Source: Candidatus Kryptoniota bacterium
GTDB lineage: Bacteria; Bacteroidota; Ignavibacteria; Kryptoniales; JAKASW01
Length of the DNA stretch: 64,000 nucleotides
NCBI GenBank assembly: GCA_024641705.1
Contig: JAHECO010000017.1
Location: 16,168-80,167 of the forward strand
Direction: 5' to 3'
In this document: in pieces, positions 30,313 to 40,027 of the stretch
Numbering within the stretch: the first letter of the stretch is position 1
Layout: each line of letters opens with the position of its first letter
The notes under the pieces: generated by a model
What the model was told of the DNA's origin: nothing
Database searches by the model: none
What the model saw: only the letters and a program-made list of their open reading frames with translations
Translations under genes and position numbers: made by a program

Positions 30313-30966
30313 TCACTTAATCAGTCCTTGTCCGAAAACAGAAATCACTCTGTCAATAGCTGAATCCGGTGGTCGCTTGAGTGAAGTCCTGATCACATCC
30401 CTTGACAGTTTAAGGGATTTGTACATCCTCTCGGCAATGAAGTCCGCGAGTTCATTCGGACTGAAGAACTGTGCCTTTTGAATTTCTTCCAGATGTTCCC
30501 TTACCCAATCAATCACAAATTGGTCGAAGATTTGGCTCGGCAATAGTAGCTGCGAAGCCATGGTACGAGCTTGCTGCTCAATCCGTTTGTATTCTTCGTC
30601 GCTGAACGAAGCGTGATACGACTGCACTTCATCAAGCGTGGTGATTCCAGCAATCAGTTTTTCATGGAGCAAGATATGTGCTAATTCTTCTGCAAGTGTG
30701 AATCTGAAATAGAATTCTTGCGATTCGGATTCGTAATGGTTTTCATCAATGGCTAAGGCGTAACCACCGATAGTTTTCAGAACCGCACCTTTGACTCCAA
30801 AATCTTCATACATGCGATTCACCGGGTGAATTTCAATTCCTGCTTTGTCAAGAAGAACTTCGATGTCGATCGGCAGCGAGTTATCTTTTGGAAAGCCATG
30901 GCGTTTGAGGAATTGAGCTGCACGAGTTTTGTAATCGGAGAAGCTGTAATATGGAACGCTTGCCAT
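30313..30966 (-). CDS. ImmA/IrrE-family protein with variant EExxH motif
   Basis: LPIDIE, RFTLAEELAHILLH, IEQQARTMASQLLLP. Confidence 0.85.
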   Translation of the reverse strand: MASVPYYSFSDYKTRAAQFLKRHGFPKDNSLPIDIEVLLDKAGIEIHPVNRMYEDFGVKGAVLKTIGGYALAIDENHYESESQEFYFRFTLAEELAHILLHEKLIAGITTLDEVQSYHASFSDEEYKRIEQQARTMASQLLLPSQIFDQFVIDWVREHLEEIQKAQFFSPNELADFIAERMYKSLKLSRDVIRTSLKRPPDSAIDRVISVFGQGLIK

Positions 30967-31331
30967 CAGAATTCTTTGTTGATTCTTTCTGTCAGTTCCT
31001 TGAGTTGTTCATCCGTCAGTTGCTTGCTCGCAATTGTCCTGAGCAGTACAGGCAGGTATTCGTATTCCTGCACGCTCTCGGCAATATCCTCCGGCAATTT
31101 CCCGACAGCGAGATTTCCAAGGTCGATGAGCTTTTTCTTTTCTTCGGCGTCGAGCTTTAATCCCTTGGCGATTCTTTCTAAAACTTCAGGCTTTTGCGGT
31201 GGCTTAGTTATGCCGCGTTCGAGCTTGGAATAGTTGCCAACATCCATGGCGATTTTGTGAGCAAATTCCCTCATCCCGATTTCTCTGGATTGCCTGAGTA
31301 TCCGCAAGAATTCGTGGAATAACATTTTCAT
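30966..31331 (-). CDS. XRE-family HTH repressor
   Basis: IGMREFAHKIAMDVGNYSKLERG; TGATG coupled to immA. Confidence 0.9.
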   Translation of the reverse strand: MKMLFHEFLRILRQSREIGMREFAHKIAMDVGNYSKLERGITKPPQKPEVLERIAKGLKLDAEEKKKLIDLGNLAVGKLPEDIAESVQEYEYLPVLLRTIASKQLTDEQLKELTERINKEF

Positions 31332-31345
31332 AACCTCCTATTAGT

Positions 31346-31364
31346 GTTGTAAGAAAAATACAAC
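31346..31364. promoter_or_regulatory. Palindromic operator upstream of XRE
   Basis: GTTGTA-N7-TACAAC, same format as relic GTGGTA-N7-TACCAC. Confidence 0.6.
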
Positions 31365-31365
31365 G

Positions 31366-32454
31366 TCAGAAAGCGTTTGTCAAGTCAATTTGTCGGCTCT
31401 GTCGATGTCCCTCCAGCATCTTGACAGCATTAGCCAAGTCCTCACGTCGAACGTGACTGTAAATCATGGTTGTGGATATGTCGCTATGGCCTAAGACTTC
31501 TTTCACGACTGCAATCGGGACACCACGACGAACCATGTTTGAGGCTGTACTATGCCGGAGGCTGTGGAAATGCAGAGCTTCGCTGAGTCCTGAGGCCCGG
31601 ACGGCTTTCTTGAACTCTTTGCTTACAAAGTCCCGCTCATACCTCAAACCGGAATGCCTCTGAAAAACATAGTTCCTTGTTTCTCCGCCAAAGGCGGATG
31701 CGCCTCCGGTGCAGAGGTTGAAAACCTTCGGCTGTCTTCTGGTCAGCATTTCAAGCGCTGTTTGGTTTAGAGGAACCATGCGCTCTTTTTTGCTCTTCGT
31801 GGTGAATGTCTCGGTGTTAGAGACTTTGATTGTCCGTTCCGCAAGGTTGACGGCTTGCCATTCGAGATTAAGAAGCTCGGATAGCCTCAGGCCGGTGTGA
31901 AATGCTAAAGTGAAGAAGTCCTTCATGTCCGGCTTCGCTGTATGCTCAAGGATTGAATCCAGTTCGGTTTCCGTAATGAACACAGGGAGTTTCTTCGGAA
32001 TCTTTGACAGTTTGATTTTCTTTAGCGGATTATCGGAGAGACAATTCCATTCAATGGCTTTGCTGAACGCGGCTGCAAGCGTCCGGTGATACAGGTTGGC
32101 CGTGTTTTTGCTCTTCTCTGAAACGGAATCGAAGAAGGCTTCCAGCAATCTCCGGTCAGCATCTTTAAGGGGAATGTCCCCGGCGAAGCTCTCTAATGCT
32201 CCGAGACTTCGCTCGACGGTCAGGAAATAGTTTTCGGAATGTCGGTTCCTGACGTATTCGCTGTAACTGTCAGCGAACTTGTGAAGGGAAATGAATTGTG
32301 GCTTTTGGGACTGGCTCAGCTTGTCCTTGAATTCGGAAAGGAATCTTAGGGCCTCGTCTTTTCGTGTGGCATGGGTAGAGATTCGTTTCCTGCGGTTTTC
32401 AGTCTCGTCGAAATAATCGACGTAGAATTTGCCGCATCGTTTGAATAGAAACAT
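31366..32454 (-). CDS. Tyrosine integrase
   Basis: TGLRLSE, KSKK, HSLRH, LGH, MIY; GGAGG RBS; adjacent to the tRNA. Confidence 0.95.
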   Translation of the reverse strand: MFLFKRCGKFYVDYFDETENRRKRISTHATRKDEALRFLSEFKDKLSQSQKPQFISLHKFADSYSEYVRNRHSENYFLTVERSLGALESFAGDIPLKDADRRLLEAFFDSVSEKSKNTANLYHRTLAAAFSKAIEWNCLSDNPLKKIKLSKIPKKLPVFITETELDSILEHTAKPDMKDFFTLAFHTGLRLSELLNLEWQAVNLAERTIKVSNTETFTTKSKKERMVPLNQTALEMLTRRQPKVFNLCTGGASAFGGETRNYVFQRHSGLRYERDFVSKEFKKAVRASGLSEALHFHSLRHSTASNMVRRGVPIAVVKEVLGHSDISTTMIYSHVRREDLANAVKMLEGHRQSRQIDLTNAF

Positions 32455-32569
32455 GGTTTCCTCCAGTTCCCCCGGAAGGAACAGAAAAGCCACAAAGGAC
32501 TGTACACAAAATTGTACAGTTCAAATACGAACGGAATAGGGGGATGGGATTTGGGAAGATTGGAATTTG

Positions 32570-32642
32570 TGGAGCTGAGGGGGATCGAACCCCTGACCTC
32601 GTGAATGCCATTCACGCGCTCTCCCAGCTGAGCTACAGCCCC
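32570..32642 (-). tRNA. tRNA-Ala(GGC)
   Basis: GGGGCTGTAGCTCAGCTGGGAGAGCGCGTGAATGGCATTCACGAGGTCAGGGGTTCGATCCCCCTCAGCTCCA; CCA not encoded. Confidence 0.97.
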
Positions 32643-32678
32643 AGATTATCAAAGAAATTCCTCGAAAGGAACGTCAAT

Positions 32679-32707
32679 AATATAGATTCCACGCCCTTCA
32701 TCTGCAA
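32679..32707 (-). promoter_or_regulatory. sigma70 promoter of the tRNA
   Basis: TTGCAG-N17-TATATT. Confidence 0.55.
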
Positions 32708-32809
32708 GGAGCCGAAAACTAGCGGGACAATGTAACTGCACGATGCGCAGAATTTGTATGTAAAGGCGGCTGTTTTTAACTTTAATGACTTGGAGAAAAT
32801 TTCTACCCT

Positions 32810-34447
32810 ATGAGTCTAGAAGTAAAAAATAGCGGTCTCATAGTCTCCGAAGAGCTCCTTCGGCTGTTTGAGGGGATCGGCGAGGGTATGATAGTCACCA
32901 ACCGCTTCGGGGAAATTGTCGGGATAAACAAGGCAGCCGAAAAGATATTCGGCGTCAGCAAGGACGTCAACCTTCACAAGAATTCCGCCGCCCTTTTGAA
33001 GGGGCTCTGTGATCCCAACACGAAGAAGCAGGTTCTCCAGCCGCACCTTCCGTTTAACCAGACTATCGCCACCGAACGCCCGGTGGAATCGCGCGAATTT
33101 CTCCTTAAAAGGCCCGACGGCAAACAGTTATATGTCCAGATATCGACCTCACCCTTCTTCGGGGATGACAGAGTTTTGGCGGGAACGCTCGGGATCCTCA
33201 TCGACGTAACGAACCGCCGCAAGCTTGAAGAGACTCTGACACAGAGGAACCTGCAGCTGAGCGCGATCAACCGGATCGCGACCCTTCTGAACCGGACGAT
33301 AGATTTCAGAGAGGTGCTTGAGTATTCGGTCAGACAGACGATGGAGATCTTTACCGGCGATGCCGGCGCGGTGCTGCTGCCGGACAAGGCGGGCCGCAGG
33401 ATCTTCGTTGCAGCCAGCGCTAACCTGAGCGAGGATTTCCTTTCCGAAGTCCACGGTTCGGAGATCGCCTCAACGGTTTTCGGAAGGGTACTGACGTCGG
33501 ATACCGTCGAATCCATCAGCCGGACCGAAAACTTCGAGCTCATGCCGCGGTCGATGAAGAGGTCCCCATTCGCCTCTGTTGTGGTCTTTCCCCTCAAAGC
33601 CAAGGGGAAGGCGGTAGGGGTGGGGGCTCTTTTCAGCGAGGCCGAGAGAGTGCTCGAAGACTCTCAGCGGGAGATCATCGAAGGCATCGGGACGGTCATC
33701 GGCGCAGCCATTGAGAACTCCCGGCTTCACGAGGAAACTATACAGAAAACCCGCCTCCTCGAGAGTAAGAACCGTGAGCTGCAGCAGTTCACGTATGCAA
33801 TCACGCACGACCTGAAATCGCCTATCCTTGTTATCGAAGGTTTCGCCCGCGAACTGAAGAGGAGCGGAAGCCTCGAGGTCGAACAGGACGTTCTAATAGA
33901 AGCAATCATGTCGTCTTCTGCGCGCCTGCACTCGCTGGTGAACGACCTTCTCGACCTGGCCCGCGTCGGCAGTGTGGAAGCGGTAGTGGAGGAAACGGAT
34001 CTGGCGGAACTTGTCAACCGCGTACTCAACGACCTCTCAATCAGGCTGACCGAAAAGAGGGTGAAAGTCTCGCTGGAGGGCACGTTCCCCAAGCTGGATA
34101 TCGTCGCACGATACGTTGAACGTGTCTTCATGAACCTTATAGACAACGCGATCAAGTACACCGGTGAGCAGCCGAATCCTCAGCTGACGATCGGTGCCCA
34201 GGACAAGGGTGACCACTACCTGTTCTTCGTGCGCGACAACGGGATCGGTATACCGCAGGAATTTCACGAAAGGATCTTTGCAATCTTTCAGAGGGTAAAG
34301 ACGAGCGACACTGAGAAGGTCGAAGGGAGCGGCCTCGGGCTTTCGTTCGTCAAGAAGATAGTCGAACTGAGCGGCGGGAGTGTTTGGGTTGAGTCGGCTG
34401 GCAAGGGAAAGGGCGCTACTTTCTACTTTACTCTGCCGAAGCAATGA
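32810..34447 (+). CDS. PAS-GAF sensor histidine kinase
   Basis: H-box THDLKSP, NLIDNAIKY, DNGIGI, GSGLGL. Confidence 0.94.
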   Translation: MSLEVKNSGLIVSEELLRLFEGIGEGMIVTNRFGEIVGINKAAEKIFGVSKDVNLHKNSAALLKGLCDPNTKKQVLQPHLPFNQTIATERPVESREFLLKRPDGKQLYVQISTSPFFGDDRVLAGTLGILIDVTNRRKLEETLTQRNLQLSAINRIATLLNRTIDFREVLEYSVRQTMEIFTGDAGAVLLPDKAGRRIFVAASANLSEDFLSEVHGSEIASTVFGRVLTSDTVESISRTENFELMPRSMKRSPFASVVVFPLKAKGKAVGVGALFSEAERVLEDSQREIIEGIGTVIGAAIENSRLHEETIQKTRLLESKNRELQQFTYAITHDLKSPILVIEGFARELKRSGSLEVEQDVLIEAIMSSSARLHSLVNDLLDLARVGSVEAVVEETDLAELVNRVLNDLSIRLTEKRVKVSLEGTFPKLDIVARYVERVFMNLIDNAIKYTGEQPNPQLTIGAQDKGDHYLFFVRDNGIGIPQEFHERIFAIFQRVKTSDTEKVEGSGLGLSFVKKIVELSGGSVWVESAGKGKGATFYFTLPKQ

Positions 34448-34520
34448 TCGAAAGTGCAAGCCGGATTTTCACGAACGATGCTTCTGTCGTACCATCCAGT
34501 AATTTTCATACCAAGCCGAC

Positions 34521-37500
34521 ATGATTAATCTGAAGAAAAGAACCACAGCCGTGCCGGCCCAGCCGGTCAACTCCTCCGCAAGATTCCAGGAGGCCTTCTT
34601 CTCCGCCCTCTCCGATGTGATCTTCACGGACGGGCTGGAAAAATCGATCACTTCAATTGTCTCGGGCATCCGTCGCGCATTCGACGGCGACACATTTCTC
34701 TTCAGGAGGTCGGGTGAGACTGCAAGTCTCGTTGGATACTCCTCGGATAGGGCCGACGAAATCACCGGACTTCTTCGGAAGGCGGGCGTAAGGCTTTCGG
34801 CGGACAGGGTACCACTGTCGGGCGGCAGGGGGAAGCTTTTCGCCGCCCCATTTGCCGAGTATGATGATCTTTTCGCCCTTGCAGGTGACCTGACAACCGC
34901 GGCCGCATGCAGGAAAATGCAGCACGAACTCCAGTTCGGCCAGGTCGCAACCGCGTCCGTTAAGATAGAGGCCGAAGAATTTGGCGTCGTGATTCTCCTC
35001 CATGATAAACTGGCATCGTTGCGGCAGGATCTAAGCCGCTTCACGTTACTCCTAAAGGCCGCGCATTGCATCTCCGCGTTGAAGACAAAGCTTCACGGAC
35101 TTGAAACAAAATTCGATGAACAGTTCATCAAACTGAGGAACGAGCTGCGCGAGAAGGAAAGCACACACCTTTTCCTTTTCAATGATATGCCGGTGGCGGC
35201 GGCGGTACTGGACGAACGGGGAGTAATAACCGAAGCGAACGACTGGCTGAAGCACCTCGCGGGCGAAGGGACGAATCCGGTCGGCCAGTCGTTCTCGTCT
35301 TTGATACCGGAGGGTTCGCGGAGAGATTTCATAGAATTTGTCATGAACGTTGCACCCGGCGAGGAGGACACTGGTCCGGTTCGCATAGCCGGCAGGGACT
35401 TCAAGGCTTTTGTCGTCGCTCGGAAGAAAGAGGACGGCACGCGCGGAATTACGGCTGTCTATCTTGCAGACACTTCCGCCGAGATGGAGCTTCAGCAGGA
35501 GCTTGGACGCACGATAGATGCGCTTCGTGCGGACAGCGAGGCCGCGGAAAAAATTGCCGAAGAGGCCAGAAAATACTCCGGAGACGTCGTGAAGGGGGCG
35601 GGGACACCGCTGGTTGTGATATCCGGCGGGGTCGTAAAACTTGTAAGCGAAAGCGCAGGTCGGTTCCTCCAGGTGCAGGAAGGCCAGCTCTACCGGGAGT
35701 TCCTCCAACAGAACGGGATATCTTCCCTTGCCGAGGACGAAGCGGTTTCAGAAACAACGGACTCGAGGCACCGGTTGCTTTCGGTAGAACGATGGAAGGT
35801 CGGGGAAGATCTTTTTCTCGCGTTCTGTGACAGTACCCAATCGAAGAAGGTGGAAGACGAACTCCACCGGACGTCCGCGGAAGCCGACAAGCTTTTCAAT
35901 GGTTTTCTTCCCACCGCAGCCGTAAAGGGAGAGACAATCTCAAAGTGGAACGACATGTTCTCGAGCCTCTTCAGCGAGTTCATTTCGTCTGACAGAAGCT
36001 TCGACGGGTTTCTCCGTTATCTCGGGGAATCGCCGGAGGCTTTCAGGTCGGAACTGCACGCGGGCGGGCCGGTCATGCGGATGAGTCGTACCACAGACAG
36101 GAAGTATCTGAACGTCAACGCCACACCTGCAGGCGAGACGGTCTTCCTCTTCATCGAGGACATTACGGAACAGGAGATCCTCAAGCAGCAGCTTCGCAAC
36201 GCGCAGAGCCTTTTGAGCAACTCTATAGAGTCTTTTGTGAAGGAGCCGGTGTTCGTATTAGAAAACGGTGTCGCACGGGCGGCAAACGTTGCCGCGAGAA
36301 ACATGCTCTCGATCAGGCTCGATGAGCCGGTCGATGCCGCGAAGATACTTGCGGGGATGGGGGTTACTAACCGTGATGAGACCGGCGAACTGAACGGCGA
36401 TTTCTACAGGGTCGAGAGCGTCACGATGGGCGGCTCGACCGTCTATCGGTTCAGGCTCGTCAACCTTGAAGTAGAACAGCGGGGTGAAATAGAGAAGCTT
36501 AAAAGAAGGCAGGAGATCCTGCGAGCGCTCTCCTCGGCAGATAGGTTCGAGGCAATACTGCAGAGTCTGAACGACCTCATCAGGAACGATGGTTACGTTG
36601 AGACGAAGGTTGTCGGGACCGGGACAGTGCAGTCTGCGAAGGAGATCGGGGACGTCTTTCTCCTGACGACCGCTACCGAGAAAATCGAGCCGTCCCTCTC
36701 ACTCAGTATCGGTGAGAGTGACACGTCGGCAGTCAAACGGGGCGGCCTACTTTCGAAGGTGGAGATGCCCGATACCACTTTCATGAATGTGATATCGGCG
36801 GGCGATTCTGCGCTTCTGCTGCAGAGCACGCTGGTCGGTGACACTTACGGTTTCGCGTCCGTTGCGCTCCCGGATACGTCGGTGTCCGCGCAATACCTCG
36901 ACGATCTCGGTAAGGTATTGAAGGCGGCCTCTTCCGTCGCTGCCGGACTCCAGTCGCGAAGATCGGTCGAGAGGAAGTTTGAAGACAGCGGAAAAGTAAC
37001 CAGGGCCATAGTGGGGTTGACCGGCATGGGTGCGGGTTCGTTCGAAGAGACTGCGCGCAGGTCGATCGATCTGCTAAGGCAGGTATTCTCGGCGGAGTCC
37101 GTGGGAGTTTATTCGCTGGAAGGTGCGTCCATGGCGTTGATGTCGTCCAACGGGACTCTTCCCGCAGTGTTGTCCGTCCCTGCTACCAGGTTCTCTTCGA
37201 TGTCGCCGGTCAACCAGCTTGAGTCGGCTGAAATGCAGGGCGCCGAAGGCTTCTTTTTTGCGGTTAAGTCGAGGTCCCAGAAGCTTGCAGTCATGTTCAG
37301 GTTTGTCGGGGTTCCCCCGGCTCCCTCCGAGTTGAATGCCGTATCCTCCCTGTCGCTCGATATTCTCGAGTCGAAGAGAACGGTTGAAGGGCAGGAAAAG
37401 GTGACGGCCGACCTCCTGGAGAGTTCGAAGATGATGAGCGAGTTCATGAGCAGGCTCACGAAAGCCGCGACTCCGGACGAAGTGGTGAAGGTTCTGGGAG

Positions 37501-38750
37501 ATTCGCTCGCCGTCAGGAGCAAGGAGTCCGGTGTCGTCCTGAAGCCCGAGGAGGAGTCGTCGAGAACCGGGAGGCTGATGGAGGTAGTCGAGCAGGAAGG
37601 CGCCGACCCGGCAGTTTACTTTGCAAACTTCATGAGCGTCGGCCTCGGTGTAATAACCGTCCGGTGCTCGCGCGACCCGATGTCACGGATGATGGTCGAA
37701 CTGGCAGTGGACAAGCTGCGAAGCATCTTCGCGCTCAAGCTTCCGGCCGCGCAGAGCGAGATTGCGGCACTGCGTTCCAGGCTGGACAGGGCGAAAGAAG
37801 ATTCCGCAAGGCTAAGGGAGTCTGTAGACAGGATCCCCGCCTCTCTGAGAAACGCGCGCATAGAGATCGACAATGTTCTCTCGAGGCTTTCATACGTCGT
37901 TGGCGACGACAAGGTGATGCAGGAGATAAGGCTTCACCTGGCTTCTGCAGCAAAGGAGATGTCGATAGACCTCGATTATTCATCGCGGAACCAGGACGAG
38001 CTCTTCGAGAGCGTCAGGGCTGCGATTGCAGAATCCGGTGGAGTTGGGAGAAAGATCGGGAAGTTCGATACCTCCGCGCTTACCGAGTTCAGGGCAGACC
38101 AGGCAGCATTCGACCTGCTCAAGGATTTGTTCGTCAATTTCGTCGCGATGTCCGGTTCTGGCAGCTGCGACATTCTGATGATGACGGCGCAGCCCAGCCC
38201 GAACGAAGCCTCGGAGGGAAAGGGAAAACATGTCAGCATCAGGGTCACCGGAGGGGAGGATGAAATCCTGCACGACAACGACATCAAGGGGAGCGTGAGC
38301 ATTCAGACCCTGATCGGCAAGCTTGAAAAACTCGGATTCGCGGTGGATACGCGAGCCCTCGGCAATGAAGTGACGATGGATATATGCGAGGTGAAGCCCG
38401 CCGCCGCGCCCGGTGCGGAAGTCCTGAGCGCCCTCCTCGTCGAAGACGACAAGAAGCTCCTGGAAGAGGAATCTCAGAACCTTCTCCAGGTGTTCTCGCG
38501 CCTCAGGGTAGCCGGGGACGCGGTGGAGGCCGCCAGAGTTTTTGAAGCTGAGAAATTTAGCGCCGCCTTTGTCGACCTGAGCCTGCCGTCGATCAATGGC
38601 AGGGAACTGTGCAGGCAGATAAAAAGCGCACAACCCGGGTGCGTAACGGTACTTCTCACGAACCGTGAAGGAGAGGAGAGATCGGAGGGGGTGGACCATA
38701 TCGCCCTCAGGCCCCTTGAAGAGGAGACGGCCAGGAGTTACATACAGTAG
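34521..38750 (+). CDS. Large multi-sensor protein with degenerate kinase core and C-terminal receiver domain
   Basis: PAS-like segments, coiled coils, LLVEDD...FVDLSLPSINGRELC...LLT...LRP. Confidence 0.75.
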   Translation: MINLKKRTTAVPAQPVNSSARFQEAFFSALSDVIFTDGLEKSITSIVSGIRRAFDGDTFLFRRSGETASLVGYSSDRADEITGLLRKAGVRLSADRVPLSGGRGKLFAAPFAEYDDLFALAGDLTTAAACRKMQHELQFGQVATASVKIEAEEFGVVILLHDKLASLRQDLSRFTLLLKAAHCISALKTKLHGLETKFDEQFIKLRNELREKESTHLFLFNDMPVAAAVLDERGVITEANDWLKHLAGEGTNPVGQSFSSLIPEGSRRDFIEFVMNVAPGEEDTGPVRIAGRDFKAFVVARKKEDGTRGITAVYLADTSAEMELQQELGRTIDALRADSEAAEKIAEEARKYSGDVVKGAGTPLVVISGGVVKLVSESAGRFLQVQEGQLYREFLQQNGISSLAEDEAVSETTDSRHRLLSVERWKVGEDLFLAFCDSTQSKKVEDELHRTSAEADKLFNGFLPTAAVKGETISKWNDMFSSLFSEFISSDRSFDGFLRYLGESPEAFRSELHAGGPVMRMSRTTDRKYLNVNATPAGETVFLFIEDITEQEILKQQLRNAQSLLSNSIESFVKEPVFVLENGVARAANVAARNMLSIRLDEPVDAAKILAGMGVTNRDETGELNGDFYRVESVTMGGSTVYRFRLVNLEVEQRGEIEKLKRRQEILRALSSADRFEAILQSLNDLIRNDGYVETKVVGTGTVQSAKEIGDVFLLTTATEKIEPSLSLSIGESDTSAVKRGGLLSKVEMPDTTFMNVISAGDSALLLQSTLVGDTYGFASVALPDTSVSAQYLDDLGKVLKAASSVAAGLQSRRSVERKFEDSGKVTRAIVGLTGMGAGSFEETARRSIDLLRQVFSAESVGVYSLEGASMALMSSNGTLPAVLSVPATRFSSMSPVNQLESAEMQGAEGFFFAVKSRSQKLAVMFRFVGVPPAPSELNAVSSLSLDILESKRTVEGQEKVTADLLESSKMMSEFMSRLTKAATPDEVVKVLGDSLAVRSKESGVVLKPEEESSRTGRLMEVVEQEGADPAVYFANFMSVGLGVITVRCSRDPMSRMMVELAVDKLRSIFALKLPAAQSEIAALRSRLDRAKEDSARLRESVDRIPASLRNARIEIDNVLSRLSYVVGDDKVMQEIRLHLASAAKEMSIDLDYSSRNQDELFESVRAAIAESGGVGRKIGKFDTSALTEFRADQAAFDLLKDLFVNFVAMSGSGSCDILMMTAQPSPNEASEGKGKHVSIRVTGGEDEILHDNDIKGSVSIQTLIGKLEKLGFAVDTRALGNEVTMDICEVKPAAAPGAEVLSALLVEDDKKLLEEESQNLLQVFSRLRVAGDAVEAARVFEAEKFSAAFVDLSLPSINGRELCRQIKSAQPGCVTVLLTNREGEERSEGVDHIALRPLEEETARSYIQ

Positions 38751-38799
38751 GAGTCCGGAAAACGGGAGTGATCGCCGGACAGATCGGAGATAAGCGTCT

Positions 38800-39789
38800 A
38801 TGGAACCTAGAATTTCTTTGTGCATGATCGTCAGGAACGAGGAGGCATTCCTCGACAGGTGTCTCGAGAGTGTGAGGGGATTGGTGCATGAGATAATCGT
38901 CGCCGATACGGGTTCGACCGACTTCAGCAAGGAGATCGCCGCACGCCACAAGGCGAAAATCCTGGACTTCCCATGGCAGAACGACTTTTCCATGGCGCGC
39001 AATTTCGCGCTGGATGCGGCTTCGGGAGAATGGATACTGGTGCTCGATGCCGATGAAGAAGTGCCGAAAGAATCCAGGGAAGCGATCCGGACCGCGGTAA
39101 GCAAGTCGGACACCGACGGTGTCGAACTGATCGTGAGAAGCTCGATGCCGGAGACGGACATTCTAAAGTTCGAGGATACAAGGATCGTCAGACTCTTCAG
39201 AAACAGGAAAGAATTCAGATACGTCATGCCGATTCACGAACAGATCAGGCCGTCCATCGAAAAGAACGGCGGCGACATATCCCGTTCCGACATCGTCGTG
39301 CTTCATTACGGATATTCTCAGGGAATTGTTCAGGGAAAGGGGAGCAGAGGACAAAGGAATCTTCCTCTTCTCAACGAGGCCGTAGCCGCACGCCCCAAGG
39401 ATCCGTACCTGCACTACCAGATCGGAGCGACTCTCATGAGCCAAGGCAGGAGGGACGAAGCCTACGCGGAACTCAAAACGGTTCTCAGCCTCAAACATGC
39501 GGATATGGGACCGGCAATTCTCGATAAGCTTTACATGAAGCTCTCTCAGCTGGCGCTGGAGAAGAATGAGAACGAAGAGGCGATCCGGTATGCCAGGAAG
39601 AGCATCGAGTACGGCGCCGGCAACGGTATATCGATGTACGTCGTTGCCATCGCCCTGCTGTCGTTGAACAGGATTTCCGAAGGATACGAGCAGCTCCTTA
39701 AGATCAAAGAGAAGAAGGACACCAACCTGAGACTAGACCTTCAACTCGATCATCTTTTGAAGGCCTGCAAGGAACTCCTGAAGATCTAG
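38800..39789 (+). CDS. GT2 glycosyltransferase with TPR region
   Basis: ISLCMIVRNEE, DTGSTD, LDADE, HEQI, HYGY. Confidence 0.92.
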   Translation: MEPRISLCMIVRNEEAFLDRCLESVRGLVHEIIVADTGSTDFSKEIAARHKAKILDFPWQNDFSMARNFALDAASGEWILVLDADEEVPKESREAIRTAVSKSDTDGVELIVRSSMPETDILKFEDTRIVRLFRNRKEFRYVMPIHEQIRPSIEKNGGDISRSDIVVLHYGYSQGIVQGKGSRGQRNLPLLNEAVAARPKDPYLHYQIGATLMSQGRRDEAYAELKTVLSLKHADMGPAILDKLYMKLSQLALEKNENEEAIRYARKSIEYGAGNGISMYVVAIALLSLNRISEGYEQLLKIKEKKDTNLRLDLQLDHLLKACKELLKI

Positions 39790-39824
39790 CTCTCAAAACG
39801 GCGTTTTCCGGGGAGAAAAACGCC

Positions 39825-39851
39825 TAAAGTTCCGTAACCGTGATCCGATAC
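39825..39851 (+). promoter_or_regulatory. sigma28 (FliA) promoter
   Basis: TAAA-N15-TCCGATAC vs consensus TAAA-N15-GCCGATAA. Confidence 0.75.
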
Positions 39852-39985
39852 TAATGCTAAGACACGTCTGTGCTCATGCCGGTGCCGGAGCAGTGTTTCA
39901 GCTTCGTGCAGGCAGGGACTAATACGGCGTCTGGGCACGGTGGTGAGAGGAGCACCGCCGCAGGCCGGAACGAAGGGCTCCTCTT

Positions 39986-40020
39986 GCGGCATGGACGCCG
40001 CGCGAAAAACAACATGGAGG
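39986..40020 (+). promoter_or_regulatory. Putative CsrA binding sites in the flagellin leader
   Basis: GCGGC-ATGGAC-GCCGC hexaloop hairpin and a second ATGGA overlapping the SD. Confidence 0.6.
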
Positions 40021-40027
40021 TAATACC

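Larger units (their letters stand above)
24379..32618 (-). mobile_element. 8,240-bp integrative satellite-like element at tRNA-Ala(GGC)
   Basis: att direct repeats, integrase adjacent to the tRNA, XRE-ImmA, rep, DnaB; visibly more AT-rich than flanks. Confidence 0.92.

Noticed and set aside
24379-32618. Complete prophage, ICE, or known defence system (retron, DGR, CBASS)
   Set aside because: No structural, lysis, conjugation, reverse transcriptase or cyclase motifs recognised
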